Source: Candidatus Latescibacterota bacterium (GTDB lineage Bacteria > Latescibacterota > UBA2968 > GCA-2709665). Taken from it: 64,000 nucleotides of DNA. Positions 28,171-38,482 of the stretch are shown piece after piece (within the stretch, counting starts at the first letter, position 1; every line of letters starts with the position of its first letter). The notes under the pieces are model-generated. The model saw only the letters and a program-made list of their open reading frames with translations, had not been told where the DNA came from and searched no databases. The DNA is taken from contig CAXXJS010000040.1 in assembly GCA_963662665.2 (NCBI GenBank), positions 160,001 through 224,000 on the forward strand, read 5' to 3'. A program made the translations under genes and the position numbers.

Positions 28171-29592
28171 ATGGCAAGAAATGCGCGGACGGCGAAGGGA
28201 TCTTCGAATCAGGACCCGGCGCGGGTCATCCGGGAACTCCGGTCGTTACTCGGCGACAGAATAAGGACGGACGCGGATACCCGGGAAACCCACGCGGGGG
28301 ACGCTTCGTACCATAGGCCCATGTTGCCCGATGTCGTGGTCTTCCCCGCGTCCAACGAGGAAGTGTCGAGGATTGTGAAACTCTGTGCACGGTATCGGAC
28401 GCCGGTGGTGCCGTACGGGACCGGAACCGCCGTGGAAGGCGGCATCGTCGCAGTACGGGGCGGCGTCTGCATCGATCTGAGCCGTATGAGACGTATCTTG
28501 AGGATTGGCAAAGCCGACCTGGACGCAACGGTAGAGGCCGGCGTCACCAGAAAACAGCTTAACCGGCATTTGGCTGATACGAAAACAGGCCTGTACTTCC
28601 CCGTGGATCCCGGTGCGGATGCCTCGCTCGGCGGCATGGCGGCAACACGGGCGTCAGGAAGTTCCGCGGTGGGCTACGGAACGATGCGGGAGAACGTTCT
28701 GGGACTGACGGTCATACTGGCAGACGGGCGTGTCATCCACGCTGGCGGACGCGCGAGGAAATCGTCGGCGGGTTACGATCTTGCGCATTTGTTCGTCGGA
28801 TCGGAAGGCACTCTTGGTGTCATAACGGAAGTAACTCTGAAACTGTCGAAGGTACCTGCGGCCGTGTCTGCGGCGGTTTGTGCGTTTCCGGACATTTCGA
28901 CGGCTGTGAATGTCGTAATTGAAATCATGTCGGCAGGGATATCCATGGCCCGGATCGAGCTTCTTGACGAGATTCAGATGGGTGCGATCAATGCCTATTC
29001 AGCCTTTGATTACCGGGCGTCGCCAACCCTGTTTTTCGAGTTTCACGGATCCGAGACGTCCGTTGAAGAGCGCGTGGCGGCGGTCAGGCGGATTGCCGGA
29101 AAGAATGGCAGTGAAGATATCCGATGGGCGACCGGCCAGAAGGAACGCGACCGGCTTTGGCAGGCGCGGTACGACGCCTATTACGCGTCGCGGACCATGC
29201 GGCCGGGCTCGGTGGGATACGTAACGGATGTGTGTGTTCCGGTTTCAAGGCTTGCGGATTGTATCCTGAGAACCAAAGAAGAATTGAAGTCTACGGACCT
29301 GATCGCGCCCTTGTTCGGTCATGTTGGCGACGGGAATTTCCACGTTGTTTTCCTGATTGATCCGAATCGCCCCGAAGAGCTTGCCGAGGCGCGGCAATTC
29401 GGCGAGCGGATTGTAAACCTGGCCCTGGAGATGGGAGGAACGTGTACGGGTGAACACGGGATCGGAATGGGCAAACTGGCGGCGCTGGAGCATGAACACG
29501 GCGAAGGGGTAGAGGTCATGCGTGCAATCAAGGTAGCGCTGGACCCGTACGATATCATGAATCCGGGAAAGGTCGTGGAGACACAAACTTGA
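28171..29592 (+). CDS. FAD-linked oxidase (D-lactate dehydrogenase/GlcD family)
   Basis: PVDPGADASLGGM, GYDL..LFVGSEGTLGVI, GHVGDGNFH, GEHGIG, NPGK. Confidence 0.92.
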   Translation: MARNARTAKGSSNQDPARVIRELRSLLGDRIRTDADTRETHAGDASYHRPMLPDVVVFPASNEEVSRIVKLCARYRTPVVPYGTGTAVEGGIVAVRGGVCIDLSRMRRILRIGKADLDATVEAGVTRKQLNRHLADTKTGLYFPVDPGADASLGGMAATRASGSSAVGYGTMRENVLGLTVILADGRVIHAGGRARKSSAGYDLAHLFVGSEGTLGVITEVTLKLSKVPAAVSAAVCAFPDISTAVNVVIEIMSAGISMARIELLDEIQMGAINAYSAFDYRASPTLFFEFHGSETSVEERVAAVRRIAGKNGSEDIRWATGQKERDRLWQARYDAYYASRTMRPGSVGYVTDVCVPVSRLADCILRTKEELKSTDLIAPLFGHVGDGNFHVVFLIDPNRPEELAEARQFGERIVNLALEMGGTCTGEHGIGMGKLAALEHEHGEGVEVMRAIKVALDPYDIMNPGKVVETQT

Positions 29593-29612
29593 AGTAGACC
29601 GGAAGAGAATCT

Positions 29613-29696
29613 GAAGAATTAAATATTTATTCTTGACATTTGGATATTATTCGTGTATTTTGGAATAATATCCTATTTTTTTTGGAATAAATCCCC
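29613..29696 (+). promoter_or_regulatory. arg operon promoter with tandem ARG-box-like operators
   Basis: TTGACA(29633)-17-TATTTT; inverted pair GGATATTATTC/GAATAATATCC and TTTTGGAATAA twice, at ~20-22-bp spacing. Confidence 0.7.
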
Positions 29697-30161
29697 ATGG
29701 GCACAAAACAGAAACGACAACGGCGGATTCTCGACTTCATCGCAGCCGGTGAAATTGGGACCCAAAAGGCGTTAAGCGACGCGCTGCGCGCAGCGGGAAT
29801 ATCGGCCACACAGTCCACGCTCTCGAAGGATTTAAGGCAACTTGGCATTGTAAAGTCACCGGACGGCGCCGGTGGTTTTCGCTATCAGGCGCCGGTCGTA
29901 GAGGCCCAACCGTATGCCGGTCGGCCGGATCTGCTTGCACGGGAGCTGAGAGATTTCGTCGTCGAATTCGGCGGGGCCGGGCATACGCTCGTACTGAAAA
30001 CGATTACCGGACACGCGCAGGGCGTGTGCGAAGCTATCGACCGGGCGGGATGGACCGAGGTTGTGGGTACGATTGCGGGAGAAAATACGATATTCATCCT
30101 GTGCCAATCCGTGGTAAAACGAGAACTGCTGAAGGAGCGGATTCTTGAAATTTCCCAATGA
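29697..30161 (+). CDS. argR: Arginine repressor
   Basis: TQ..L...L...GI.ATQSTLSKDL..LGIVK; VVGTIAGENTIF. Confidence 0.93.
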   Translation: MGTKQKRQRRILDFIAAGEIGTQKALSDALRAAGISATQSTLSKDLRQLGIVKSPDGAGGFRYQAPVVEAQPYAGRPDLLARELRDFVVEFGGAGHTLVLKTITGHAQGVCEAIDRAGWTEVVGTIAGENTIFILCQSVVKRELLKERILEISQ

Positions 30162-30280
30162 TCGGGCCGGGACAGTCAGTCGCTTGGCAGGCGATGCGGC
30201 AATCCGGAGTACAGCAAGGTCGAAAGGACCGCGAGCGAAGCACGGAGCGCGGCCTCGGCCCCCCGTTTCGGAACCTCCTA

Positions 30281-30605
30281 ACAGTCCGTTGGAAAAGTCG
30301 CTCTGCAGGCGAGGCATGGTGTCCCGTCGCGGAAATATGTCACCATTCATCCGCCGATTCATCCCGTCTGGCGGCGTTGCCTTCACTCGGTGACCTTGTG
30401 CAGGTCGCCTCGCTCAGGCGTCTTGCCAGCCGGCCGACTCGGCGGTCGAATTTCGGCAATCTATTTCCGCGACAGAACACTGCCATTGTGGTCGAAGACA
30501 AGGCGCGCGACCGCGTCGAATCGGGGGATTCGGGAAGGGAGCGCAACGCAGGTGTTCGGCCACAAGGGCCGGACGCAGCCCGGATGGACTGTTTCAACGG
30601 GCTGC
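30281..30605. mobile_element. ~325-bp MITE with TA-flanked TIRs, containing a nested second MITE
   Basis: TA|ACAGTCCGTTGGAAAAGTC ... GACTGTTTCAACGGGCTGC|TA; no transposase. Confidence 0.75.
30318..30482. mobile_element. Inner ~165-bp MITE
   Basis: TIRs GGTGTCCCGTCGCGGAAATA / TATTTCCGCGACAGAACACT; homolog at 18279-18426. Confidence 0.75.
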
Positions 30606-30644
30606 TAAGCAAGAGGGCATACCCGGACCCGTGGGAGGATTCGC

Positions 30645-31592
30645 GTGGTTTTGAACGTTGGCATTTACGGCGATACCGGGATGGTCGGCCAGGAGATAGA
30701 ACGGGTACTGGCGCATCACGATAGGGCTGAGATCGAATTCCGGCAGAATTCCAGGCGCCGCCAGGGCGTCCTGAACGAGTGTGACGTGGTTTTTCTGGCC
30801 ACCAGAGACCCTGAGTCAATGCAGTTCGCGCCGCAGGCGCTGGACGCAGGCGCGAGAGTCATCGATATGAGCGGCGCTTTCCGGTTGCCGAGGCGGCTGT
30901 TCGAAGCCGGCTATGGGCTGGACCACCTGGCGCCGGAGTATCTTGAAGAGGCGGTTTACGGAATGCCCGCGCTGTTTGCCAGTCGGATTGCCGATGCGCG
31001 GCTGGTCGGTAATCCGGGTTGCTATCCAACCGGCGTTATTCTGGCGCTGAATCCATTGAGGGGCATGGTCCAGGGTGAAGCAACGGTCGTGGCGACGTCG
31101 GGGAATTCGGGCGCCCGCAGGGAGGTGGAAGAGGAGCCCGACGAGGTCACCTACAGTTACGGCCGGCGGCACAAACACGTGCCGGAGATGGAGTTTTATT
31201 CCGGTTTTCGGGTGAACTTCACGCCCATCGTTCTGCGCTCCGTATTCGCGGGCATCAATGCCAACATACGAATCGAACTGGCCGACAGCTTTAAAGCGCT
31301 GCCTGCGCATGAAGCCGGCAGCCAGCTGGTCGAGGCGATCGGGCATGCGTATACCAACGAGGACCTTGTCTGTCCGGTGGAGGACAGAGAAGACAAACAG
31401 TGGGGTACGCGCGACGTGGTGGGGACGCACAAGCTGGCGATCAAGGTGGGCGTGGACGAGGGGTTCGCCTATATCTGCGCCATGGAAGACAATCTGGGCA
31501 AGGGCGCGGCCAGCCAGGCGGTGGAGAACATGAACCTGATGTTCGGACTGCCCAGACTCTACGGAATTGACGGCGTTTACAGTACGGGTTGA
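30645..31592 (+). CDS. argC: N-acetyl-gamma-glutamyl-phosphate reductase
   Basis: VIDMSGAFRL, GNPGCYPT, HKHVPE, DNLGKGAASQAVENMNL. Confidence 0.92.
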   Translation: MVLNVGIYGDTGMVGQEIERVLAHHDRAEIEFRQNSRRRQGVLNECDVVFLATRDPESMQFAPQALDAGARVIDMSGAFRLPRRLFEAGYGLDHLAPEYLEEAVYGMPALFASRIADARLVGNPGCYPTGVILALNPLRGMVQGEATVVATSGNSGARREVEEEPDEVTYSYGRRHKHVPEMEFYSGFRVNFTPIVLRSVFAGINANIRIELADSFKALPAHEAGSQLVEAIGHAYTNEDLVCPVEDREDKQWGTRDVVGTHKLAIKVGVDEGFAYICAMEDNLGKGAASQAVENMNLMFGLPRLYGIDGVYSTG

Positions 31593-31645
31593 ACCGCCGG
31601 CCGATACGTACGGCCCGAAGGCGCCTGGTAACGCGGGAATTTGCG

Positions 31646-32524
31646 ATGGAGCAATTCATTCAGAAAGCCGCCACGCTGGTGGAGGCGTTTCCGTACATCC
31701 GCTCGTTTCGGGACAAGATCGTCGTTGTGAAATACGGGGGCAGTACACAGCCTGACGACGGCGGATCCGATACGATCCTCGCGGATTTGGTCTTCATGGA
31801 AACGGTGGGAATGAGGCCGGTGGTCGTGCATGGCGGCGGCAGGGAAATCAGCAGACGCCTGCAGGAAGCCGGGTTGGAGTCGAAGTGGATAAACGGGCTG
31901 CGAGTTACAGACGCCAAATCGATGCAGGTGGTTGAAGACACGCTGTTCGGGCTGGTGAACAGACGAATTGTCGAGGGAATCCGGGCGCTGGACGGTTGCG
32001 CGTACGGGATGTCCGCGAAGGAAGCCGGCGTGATGCATGTGCGCAGACACTATGCGCTGTCCGCTTCCGATGGTAAGCAGGTGGATATCGGGTTTGTGGG
32101 CGACGTACACCGGGTGAACCCGGAACCGGTTCGACGCGCGTGCGGTAAAGGAACAATTCCGGTAATCGCGCCAATCGGCCTGGGTCCCGACGGCAGGAGT
32201 TACAACGTGAACGCGGACACGGCCGCCGGTGAAATCGCACGAACGCTTCAGGCGGAGAAGCTGGTTTTTTTGACAGACGTAAATGGCATTTTGAGAGACA
32301 GCGCCGATCCGGAATCCCGGATTTCTACGTTGCACGTAAACGACGTAAAGGGCCTGATTCACGACGGCACGGCAAAGGGAGGGATGATTCCAAAGCTTCA
32401 GGCCTGTGTACGTTCGGTGAGAGGGGGCGTGAATAAGACTCACATTATAGATGGACGGGTTCCACACGCGCTGCTGCTCGAAGTCTTCACTCGTGAAGGG
32501 ATCGGTACCGAGATTGTTCAATAA
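31646..32524 (+). CDS. argB: Acetylglutamate kinase
   Basis: VVKYGGS, VVHGGG, GLRVTD, YNVNAD, GGMIPK. Confidence 0.95.
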   Translation: MEQFIQKAATLVEAFPYIRSFRDKIVVVKYGGSTQPDDGGSDTILADLVFMETVGMRPVVVHGGGREISRRLQEAGLESKWINGLRVTDAKSMQVVEDTLFGLVNRRIVEGIRALDGCAYGMSAKEAGVMHVRRHYALSASDGKQVDIGFVGDVHRVNPEPVRRACGKGTIPVIAPIGLGPDGRSYNVNADTAAGEIARTLQAEKLVFLTDVNGILRDSADPESRISTLHVNDVKGLIHDGTAKGGMIPKLQACVRSVRGGVNKTHIIDGRVPHALLLEVFTREGIGTEIVQ

Positions 32525-32577
32525 GGGGAATGCGTGAATTGCGTCGTTTTCAGGCAACCCAGCCAACCGGGGAGTGG

Positions 32578-33777
32578 ATGATGAATACGAAAGCCATAAT
32601 CGATCTTGAGCAAACCTACATTCTTCAGACTTATGGACGACCCGACTTTGTTCTGGAACGGGGAGACGGGGTGCATCTCTTCGACACCGACGGAAAACGG
32701 TATCTGGATTTCGTGAGCGGCTTGTCCGTGAATGCGCTGGGATACAACAACCCGGCCATTAGCGATGCAATGACGGAGCAGGCGCGAAAGCTGATCCACG
32801 TTTCGAACCTGTACCATACGATTCCCGCGCCTCAGTTGGCCAGAATGCTGTGCGAGCGTTCATTTGCAGATCGTGTATTCTTCTGCAATAGCGGAACGGA
32901 GTCCTGGGAAGCCGCTCTGAAGTTTGCGCGGAAGTGGGGGTACAGGAATTTCGAGGACCGCGCGAAGTATAAGTTCATTGCCATGAACAATTCGTTTCAC
33001 GGACGCACAATGGGGTCGGTTTCCACCACGGGACAGCCGAAGTATCACAAGGGTTTCGGACCTATGTTGCCCGGAATTTCATTCGCGGAATTCAACGATC
33101 TCGAGTCGGTGGAGCGACTGGTCGACGCGGAAACCGTGGCGGTGATTCTGGAGCCCCTCCAGGCCGAGGGCGGGATACATTCGGCAGACCCGTCGTTCCT
33201 GGAAGGACTGCGACTGTTGTGCGATGAGATGAAGATGCTGCTGGTCTTCGACGAGATTCAGTCGGGACTCGGCCGGACCGGATCCCTGTTCTGTTACGAA
33301 CACTATGGGGTGACGCCGGACATCATGACGCTTGCGAAGCCGCTCGCCGGCGGACTTCCGATAGGGGCGACGCTGATGAGCCAGGCTGTTGCCGACGCCG
33401 TGGAAGCGAGCGACCACGCGGCTACGTTCGGGGCGCATCCGGTCAGTTGCGCCGTGGGCGTCGAGGTCTTCAAGAAACTCTCGGATCCGGGATTCATCGC
33501 GGCCGTAAGGGCGAAAGGCGACCATCTTAAAGGCCGGCTCAACGCGCTGAAAGACAAGTATCCGGACAAGATCACGGAGGTTCGAGGCATGGGGTTGATC
33601 GCAGGGGCGGTGTTGGCCGACGTTCCGGCCGCGGACGTAATGGGCGAGTTCCGTGAGCGGGGAATCCTGGTGTGCGCAGCCGGACCCGACGTGGTTCGAT
33701 TTCTGCCGCCCCTGGTGATTGAACAGGCAAATATCGACCACGTCCTGGACGTGTTTGAGGAAATCCTGAACGGCTAG
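32578..33777 (+). CDS. argD: Acetylornithine aminotransferase
   Basis: FFCNSGTE, FHGRT, FDEIQSGLGRTG, TLAKPLAGGLPIGA; operon context. Confidence 0.93.
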   Translation: MMNTKAIIDLEQTYILQTYGRPDFVLERGDGVHLFDTDGKRYLDFVSGLSVNALGYNNPAISDAMTEQARKLIHVSNLYHTIPAPQLARMLCERSFADRVFFCNSGTESWEAALKFARKWGYRNFEDRAKYKFIAMNNSFHGRTMGSVSTTGQPKYHKGFGPMLPGISFAEFNDLESVERLVDAETVAVILEPLQAEGGIHSADPSFLEGLRLLCDEMKMLLVFDEIQSGLGRTGSLFCYEHYGVTPDIMTLAKPLAGGLPIGATLMSQAVADAVEASDHAATFGAHPVSCAVGVEVFKKLSDPGFIAAVRAKGDHLKGRLNALKDKYPDKITEVRGMGLIAGAVLADVPAADVMGEFRERGILVCAAGPDVVRFLPPLVIEQANIDHVLDVFEEILNG

Positions 33778-33807
33778 TTGGCGGACGATGGGAAAGGAGC
33801 GTCTGTA

Positions 33808-35061
33808 ATGAAATTGGCGGACATTAGGGGTAAGCGGATTGCGCTGGCGGCTTCCGGCGGGCTTGACAGTTGCACGGTTACGCGCTGGATGGCCGACCAG
33901 GGTGTCGAGGTGGTGAGCATCACGGCGGATATCGGGCAGCCGGACGAGGACGATATCGAGGACGTCGGCCGTCGGATGCTGGCCTGCGGCGCCGTGGAAT
34001 CGGTTATCCTGGACCTGAAGGCGGATCTGGCCGAAGAGGCAATCACCATGCTCCTCGCCAATGCCGTCTACGAGGGCGGGTACTGGAACACAACCGCCCT
34101 TGCCCGTCACGTGACCACGCAGGGGATCCTCAAGGAGATGCAGGCGCGCGATATCGACGTACTCGCGCACGGCGCCACGGGCCGCGGGAACGACCAGGTG
34201 CGTATCCAGCTTGTCGCCAATATGCTTTCCCCCGCCGTAGAGGTTTACGCGCCCTGGCGGGACGACGCGTTCCTGGAGCACTTCGGCGGAAGGCGGGAAA
34301 TGATCGCCTACTGCCAGGCACGGAACCTCCCGGTTTCCGCGACGCAGGACAAACCGTATTCGACGGATGCGAATCTTCTGGGGCTTACCCACGAGGCCGG
34401 AAAGCTCGAAGACCTGGACGTGGCGGCAGACTTTATAGAGCCCGGAATGGGCGTTTTTCCGCGGAACGGACCCGACCGCCCGGAGAAGTTTTCCGTGACA
34501 CTGGAGGCGGGTCGCCCCGTACTGATTAACGGGGAACCCGTAGACGCCGTGTCCGCGATCGCCACGGCAAACGAGGTCGCAGGGCGCCATGGCGTGGGCA
34601 TTGGTATCCACACGGTCGAAAACCGTTTTGTGGGCATCAAGTCACGGGGCGTGTACGAGAGCCCGGGGCTCGCCTTGCTGGGCGTCTGCTACCAGTTCCT
34701 GTTGCAGCAGGTGCTGGACCGGAGGGCGCGGCGATTCTACGATACGCTTTCATCCGCGCTTGCCGAACAGATTTATCAGGGGTACTATTTCGACCTTTCG
34801 TCGCAAATGATGCGCGCCGCCATCCAACCGGTAAAGACGTTGGCCGCAGGATCGGTGACGGTCTCGGTTTACAAGGGAACGACAACCTATCAATCCTCCT
34901 CAGCCGTGGCGCATTCGCTGTATTCCTCCGAACTGTCCTCGATGGAAGCGATCGGGGACTACGACCATCGGGATTCGCAGGGATTTCTGAATGTCTTGAG
35001 TGTCAGCGCAAGGGCCTTGAATGCGTCGGGACAGGTGGATGAAGGGCAGCAGGAGAACTGA
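33808..35061 (+). CDS. argG: Argininosuccinate synthase
   Basis: ASGGLDS, HGATGRGNDQVR, YSTDANL, VENRFVGIKSRGVYE. Confidence 0.95.
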   Translation: MKLADIRGKRIALAASGGLDSCTVTRWMADQGVEVVSITADIGQPDEDDIEDVGRRMLACGAVESVILDLKADLAEEAITMLLANAVYEGGYWNTTALARHVTTQGILKEMQARDIDVLAHGATGRGNDQVRIQLVANMLSPAVEVYAPWRDDAFLEHFGGRREMIAYCQARNLPVSATQDKPYSTDANLLGLTHEAGKLEDLDVAADFIEPGMGVFPRNGPDRPEKFSVTLEAGRPVLINGEPVDAVSAIATANEVAGRHGVGIGIHTVENRFVGIKSRGVYESPGLALLGVCYQFLLQQVLDRRARRFYDTLSSALAEQIYQGYYFDLSSQMMRAAIQPVKTLAAGSVTVSVYKGTTTYQSSSAVAHSLYSSELSSMEAIGDYDHRDSQGFLNVLSVSARALNASGQVDEGQQEN

Positions 35062-35096
35062 GCGTACCGAAGACGAACGTTGTCGCGGAGAATTCG

Positions 35097-36503
35097 ATGG
35101 ATGGATCTGCAGAAAAATCCTGGTCGGGGCGGTTTGACAAGCCATCGGACAGACTCATGGAACAATTCAACGCGTCCGTCGGGTTCGACAGACGGCTGTA
35201 CAGGGTGGATATCGCCGGAAGCCGGGCGCAGGCGAAAGCGCTCGCGAAGATTGGCATATTGAGCGCAAACGAACTGGATTGTGTCCTGAAGGGCCTGGAA
35301 CAGGTGGAATTGGAGGCCGCCGAAGGACGCCTTGCACTGGGCGAACACCTGGAAGATATCCATATGGCCGTAGAGGCGCGGCTGATCGAGATCGTGGGCG
35401 AGGTGGGCGGCAAGCTCCATACAGGGCGCAGCCGGAACGATCAGGTAGCGCTTGACGAGCGGCTGTATCTGCGGGAGGCGACACGGGACACAGTTACCGG
35501 AATCGACCGGCTTCAGGCTGTTCTCATTGATTCCGCCAACCGGCACATCGACGTATTGATGCCGGGTTATACCCATCTGCAGCAGGGACAGCCCGTGCGC
35601 CTGTCACACTATACGATGGCGTTGTTCTGGATGCTGGAACGAGACCGGGGACGGTTCGCGGCGTGCCTGGAACGGGCGGATGCCATGCCGCTCGGATCGG
35701 GAGCATTTGCGGGCAGCGCCTATCCGATCGATCGGAAATTCCTTGCGATGGAACTGGGATTTTCGCGAATAACCGAAAACAGCATCGACGCCGTAAGCGA
35801 CCGTGACTATCTGCTGGAGTATATGTCCGCCGGCGCAATAATGATGGGACACCTGAGCCGGTTCTGCGAGGATCTGATCGTGTGGTCATCGTCCGAGTTT
35901 CAGTTTGTCGAACTGGACGACGCGTACAGCACGGGATCGAGCATGATGCCGCAGAAAAAAAACCCGGATTCTCTGGAACTGATCCGAGGAAAGACGGGTC
36001 GGGTGTACGGCAATCTGATGTCGCTCCTGACGGTGATGAAGGGATTGCCGCTCACGTATTCGAAAGATCTGCAGGAGGACAAGGAAGCCTTTTTTGATAC
36101 CGTCGATACAATAAATCAGGTGCTGGCGGTGTTTACCGGCGCGTGGGAAACGATGAAGGTCCGGACCGGGCGAATGCGTGAAGCGCTCGACGGCGCCGTA
36201 ATGGCAACGGATCTCGCGGATTATCTGGTGCGGAAGGGGATGCCGTTTCGGGACACCCACAGAATTGTGGGCAGGTTGGTCCGGAAGGCGTTGTCGCAGG
36301 GGCGGCGCCTGGACGAACTGGATCTGGAGACACTCCGGTCCCAGTCCGATCTGATAGGTGCTGATGTAGGTGAATCGCTTTGCGCAAAGGCCAGTGTCAA
36401 CCGGCGGGAACTGGACGGCGGAACCGGTTACCGGGCCGTGCGGGCGCAGATCGACAGCGGGAGACAGATGCTGAGGCGGAGGTCCCGGGGAGCGGAAGCG
36501 TGA
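35097..36503 (+). CDS. argH: Argininosuccinate lyase
   Basis: HTGRSRNDQ, PGYTHLQ, GSSMMPQKKNPD. Confidence 0.97.
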   Translation: MDGSAEKSWSGRFDKPSDRLMEQFNASVGFDRRLYRVDIAGSRAQAKALAKIGILSANELDCVLKGLEQVELEAAEGRLALGEHLEDIHMAVEARLIEIVGEVGGKLHTGRSRNDQVALDERLYLREATRDTVTGIDRLQAVLIDSANRHIDVLMPGYTHLQQGQPVRLSHYTMALFWMLERDRGRFAACLERADAMPLGSGAFAGSAYPIDRKFLAMELGFSRITENSIDAVSDRDYLLEYMSAGAIMMGHLSRFCEDLIVWSSSEFQFVELDDAYSTGSSMMPQKKNPDSLELIRGKTGRVYGNLMSLLTVMKGLPLTYSKDLQEDKEAFFDTVDTINQVLAVFTGAWETMKVRTGRMREALDGAVMATDLADYLVRKGMPFRDTHRIVGRLVRKALSQGRRLDELDLETLRSQSDLIGADVGESLCAKASVNRRELDGGTGYRAVRAQIDSGRQMLRRRSRGAEA

Positions 36504-37135
36504 AGTCCTTCAGCGAGCGGGACGTGCGGCGTCACTACGACCTCCTGCAGCACCGTCCGGAACTTGGCCTGACGCAATTGAAAGCCATGGACGGAAACCA
36601 TGTAATAGGCATCGGGTTGTTCGATAACGAGGCCGATTTCGTTTCAGAGTGCCGGCGGTACAATGGGCTGGGTACGCTGTACGTGGGTGTGAACCCGAGA
36701 TCAAATCGCCTGATGGAGGATTATGGCGGATTGCAGAACCGCATGCGTACCCTGTTCATGGACGTGGTTGCGGAACGCGATATCGACTTTGTAACCGGAA
36801 TGGCCGCAGGCGATCCGGAAAGGCTCGTCCAACCTCCCCGGAGATTCCTGCGCGACGCTTCTGTGTTTGCGGATTTCGAGGTTTTCTTTCCGCTCGATAA
36901 AGCGATTCCGGTATCCAGCGAATCACAGAAGAAGGTCAGGCGCCAACTGAACACCTGGTTTTATGGGCAGTCAGATACCGAAGGGATCGACCTGATGCAA
37001 TTCGTCCGGGTTGTGGGAACCGCGTTGCCGGACGGTGGATGGCTGAAGCGACGGACGGCGTTCCGGAAATACCGGCCCTATATGATGGATGGTATTACGG
37101 CGGAGATCGTGGATCTGAAGGACGAACCGGGTTAG
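36500..37135 (+). CDS. Hypothetical protein with a degenerate RepB/AEP primase-like signature
   Basis: GTG overlaps the argH stop (GTGA); motifs GLFDN, LYVGVNPR, DLMQFVRVVGT. Confidence 0.65.
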   Translation: MKSFSERDVRRHYDLLQHRPELGLTQLKAMDGNHVIGIGLFDNEADFVSECRRYNGLGTLYVGVNPRSNRLMEDYGGLQNRMRTLFMDVVAERDIDFVTGMAAGDPERLVQPPRRFLRDASVFADFEVFFPLDKAIPVSSESQKKVRRQLNTWFYGQSDTEGIDLMQFVRVVGTALPDGGWLKRRTAFRKYRPYMMDGITAEIVDLKDEPG

Positions 37136-37326
37136 CGACGGCGGAGACGGAACTTTGGTTTCGTTGGGGCGTTTACGAGGCAGTGCTATACGTCGGCGAA
37201 CACGAGGCGCGCGGGTCAACGACCCGTTTTTTTGTTGTCGTAAGGGCCTGGGCGCTTTACCTTCCGAAATCTACCCCTTGCATTGAAGTCGCGCCGGGAA
37301 GTCAACTCACATCCAGGGAGATGGTC

Positions 37327-38381
37327 ATGTTTCGAAAATCAATCGCTTTGTTGTGCGTAAGTTGTCTGCTGTGGACCAGCCTGGTAGGCGCGGGTCACAC
37401 GTGGGCGGCGGAATCCACCGGCGCAAAGGCGGAGAAGGGAGAAAGTGACGGCGAAGAACGCCCGAAAACCACCCGCACGATCGAAGCCCTGGACGACGTG
37501 GGCTGGTCCATCGTGGACCTGAGGCAGATCGAGGGGGATCTCGTGGTGCTCAGCCCGCTCGTGGGCCCGGAAATCGACCTGGTGGAGAGCCACCGGTACT
37601 CTCTCTTCCATGGGCGCAGCGTCTATAACGAAAGGGTTCCCCTGCGGTTGCTCGATATAGCTATCCCCGGCTTGCAGACAGCCACTTTTTTGAAACTTGG
37701 AGAACGCGTGATGGTGAGAATCCGATACCGGTCGGGCTCGGAGATTGCGGACAGAACCATGCCTGTAGGGGATGAGGATGCGCTCAGGCGGCTGCGTGAA
37801 TACGTCGAGCATTTCGACGAAGTCCGGAAGGGCGAATATAAAATCGGATTCGAATCCAATTTACCCGAAGATGCCGAGTATCCCAAATATACCGATCGGG
37901 AGGTCTCCTTCGTAGAACGCCGTACGCGCGCCGGGATAACCCGCCGGCTTCCGGGCGGGGTGGTTCTCAAGAACGGCGAGCGGATCCAGGGACAATTGTT
38001 ACCGGAATTCGATGATGGAACCATACTGGTCCAATCCGGACTCGATGCCGGCGGGTTCCGGTTGAGAATATCGATCGGGTCCTGTTCCTTCGAGGAAATC
38101 GTTCCGCAAAGCTTGGCACCGCTGTCCGAATGGGTGTCGGAGGCGCCGTGTCAGGCGCCATTATGGGTACGCTTGCCGCCTGGCAGACGGACTCTCCGGT
38201 CAAAGAGACAGCCATTCTGTTTGGCGCAATATCGGGCGGAATCGGGTTTCTCACCGGTCTGTTCCGATCGCGAGGCGGTCCTGGAAAACGGGAGTTTGTG
38301 CTGGGTCCTGTGACCGACGGTCGGGACCGCGATAAAGACGGGAAAGACGACAAGGAAAAACGTGAGCCCGGGGGGAAATAG
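37327..38381 (+). pseudogene. Secreted/membrane hypothetical protein with a 1-nt frameshift near 38049
   Basis: Signal peptide MFRKSIALLCV...WAA; after ILVQSGLDA the coding sense continues in another frame as RVPVENIDRVLF...GVGGAVSGAIMG (glycine-rich TM) to the stop at 38381. Confidence 0.7.
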
Positions 38382-38482
38382 CCCGATTACCCGCCTGGAT
38401 CTCATCTGGCAGCGGCCGAAACGGTCTTGAATGTTGACGGCCGGGGTCCGATTTTCCACAGGCATGCATCAGAGAGGGGACA

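Noticed and set aside
30158-30724. 188-aa ORF between argR and argC
   Set aside because: It reads through nested MITE DNA and overlaps argC out of frame.
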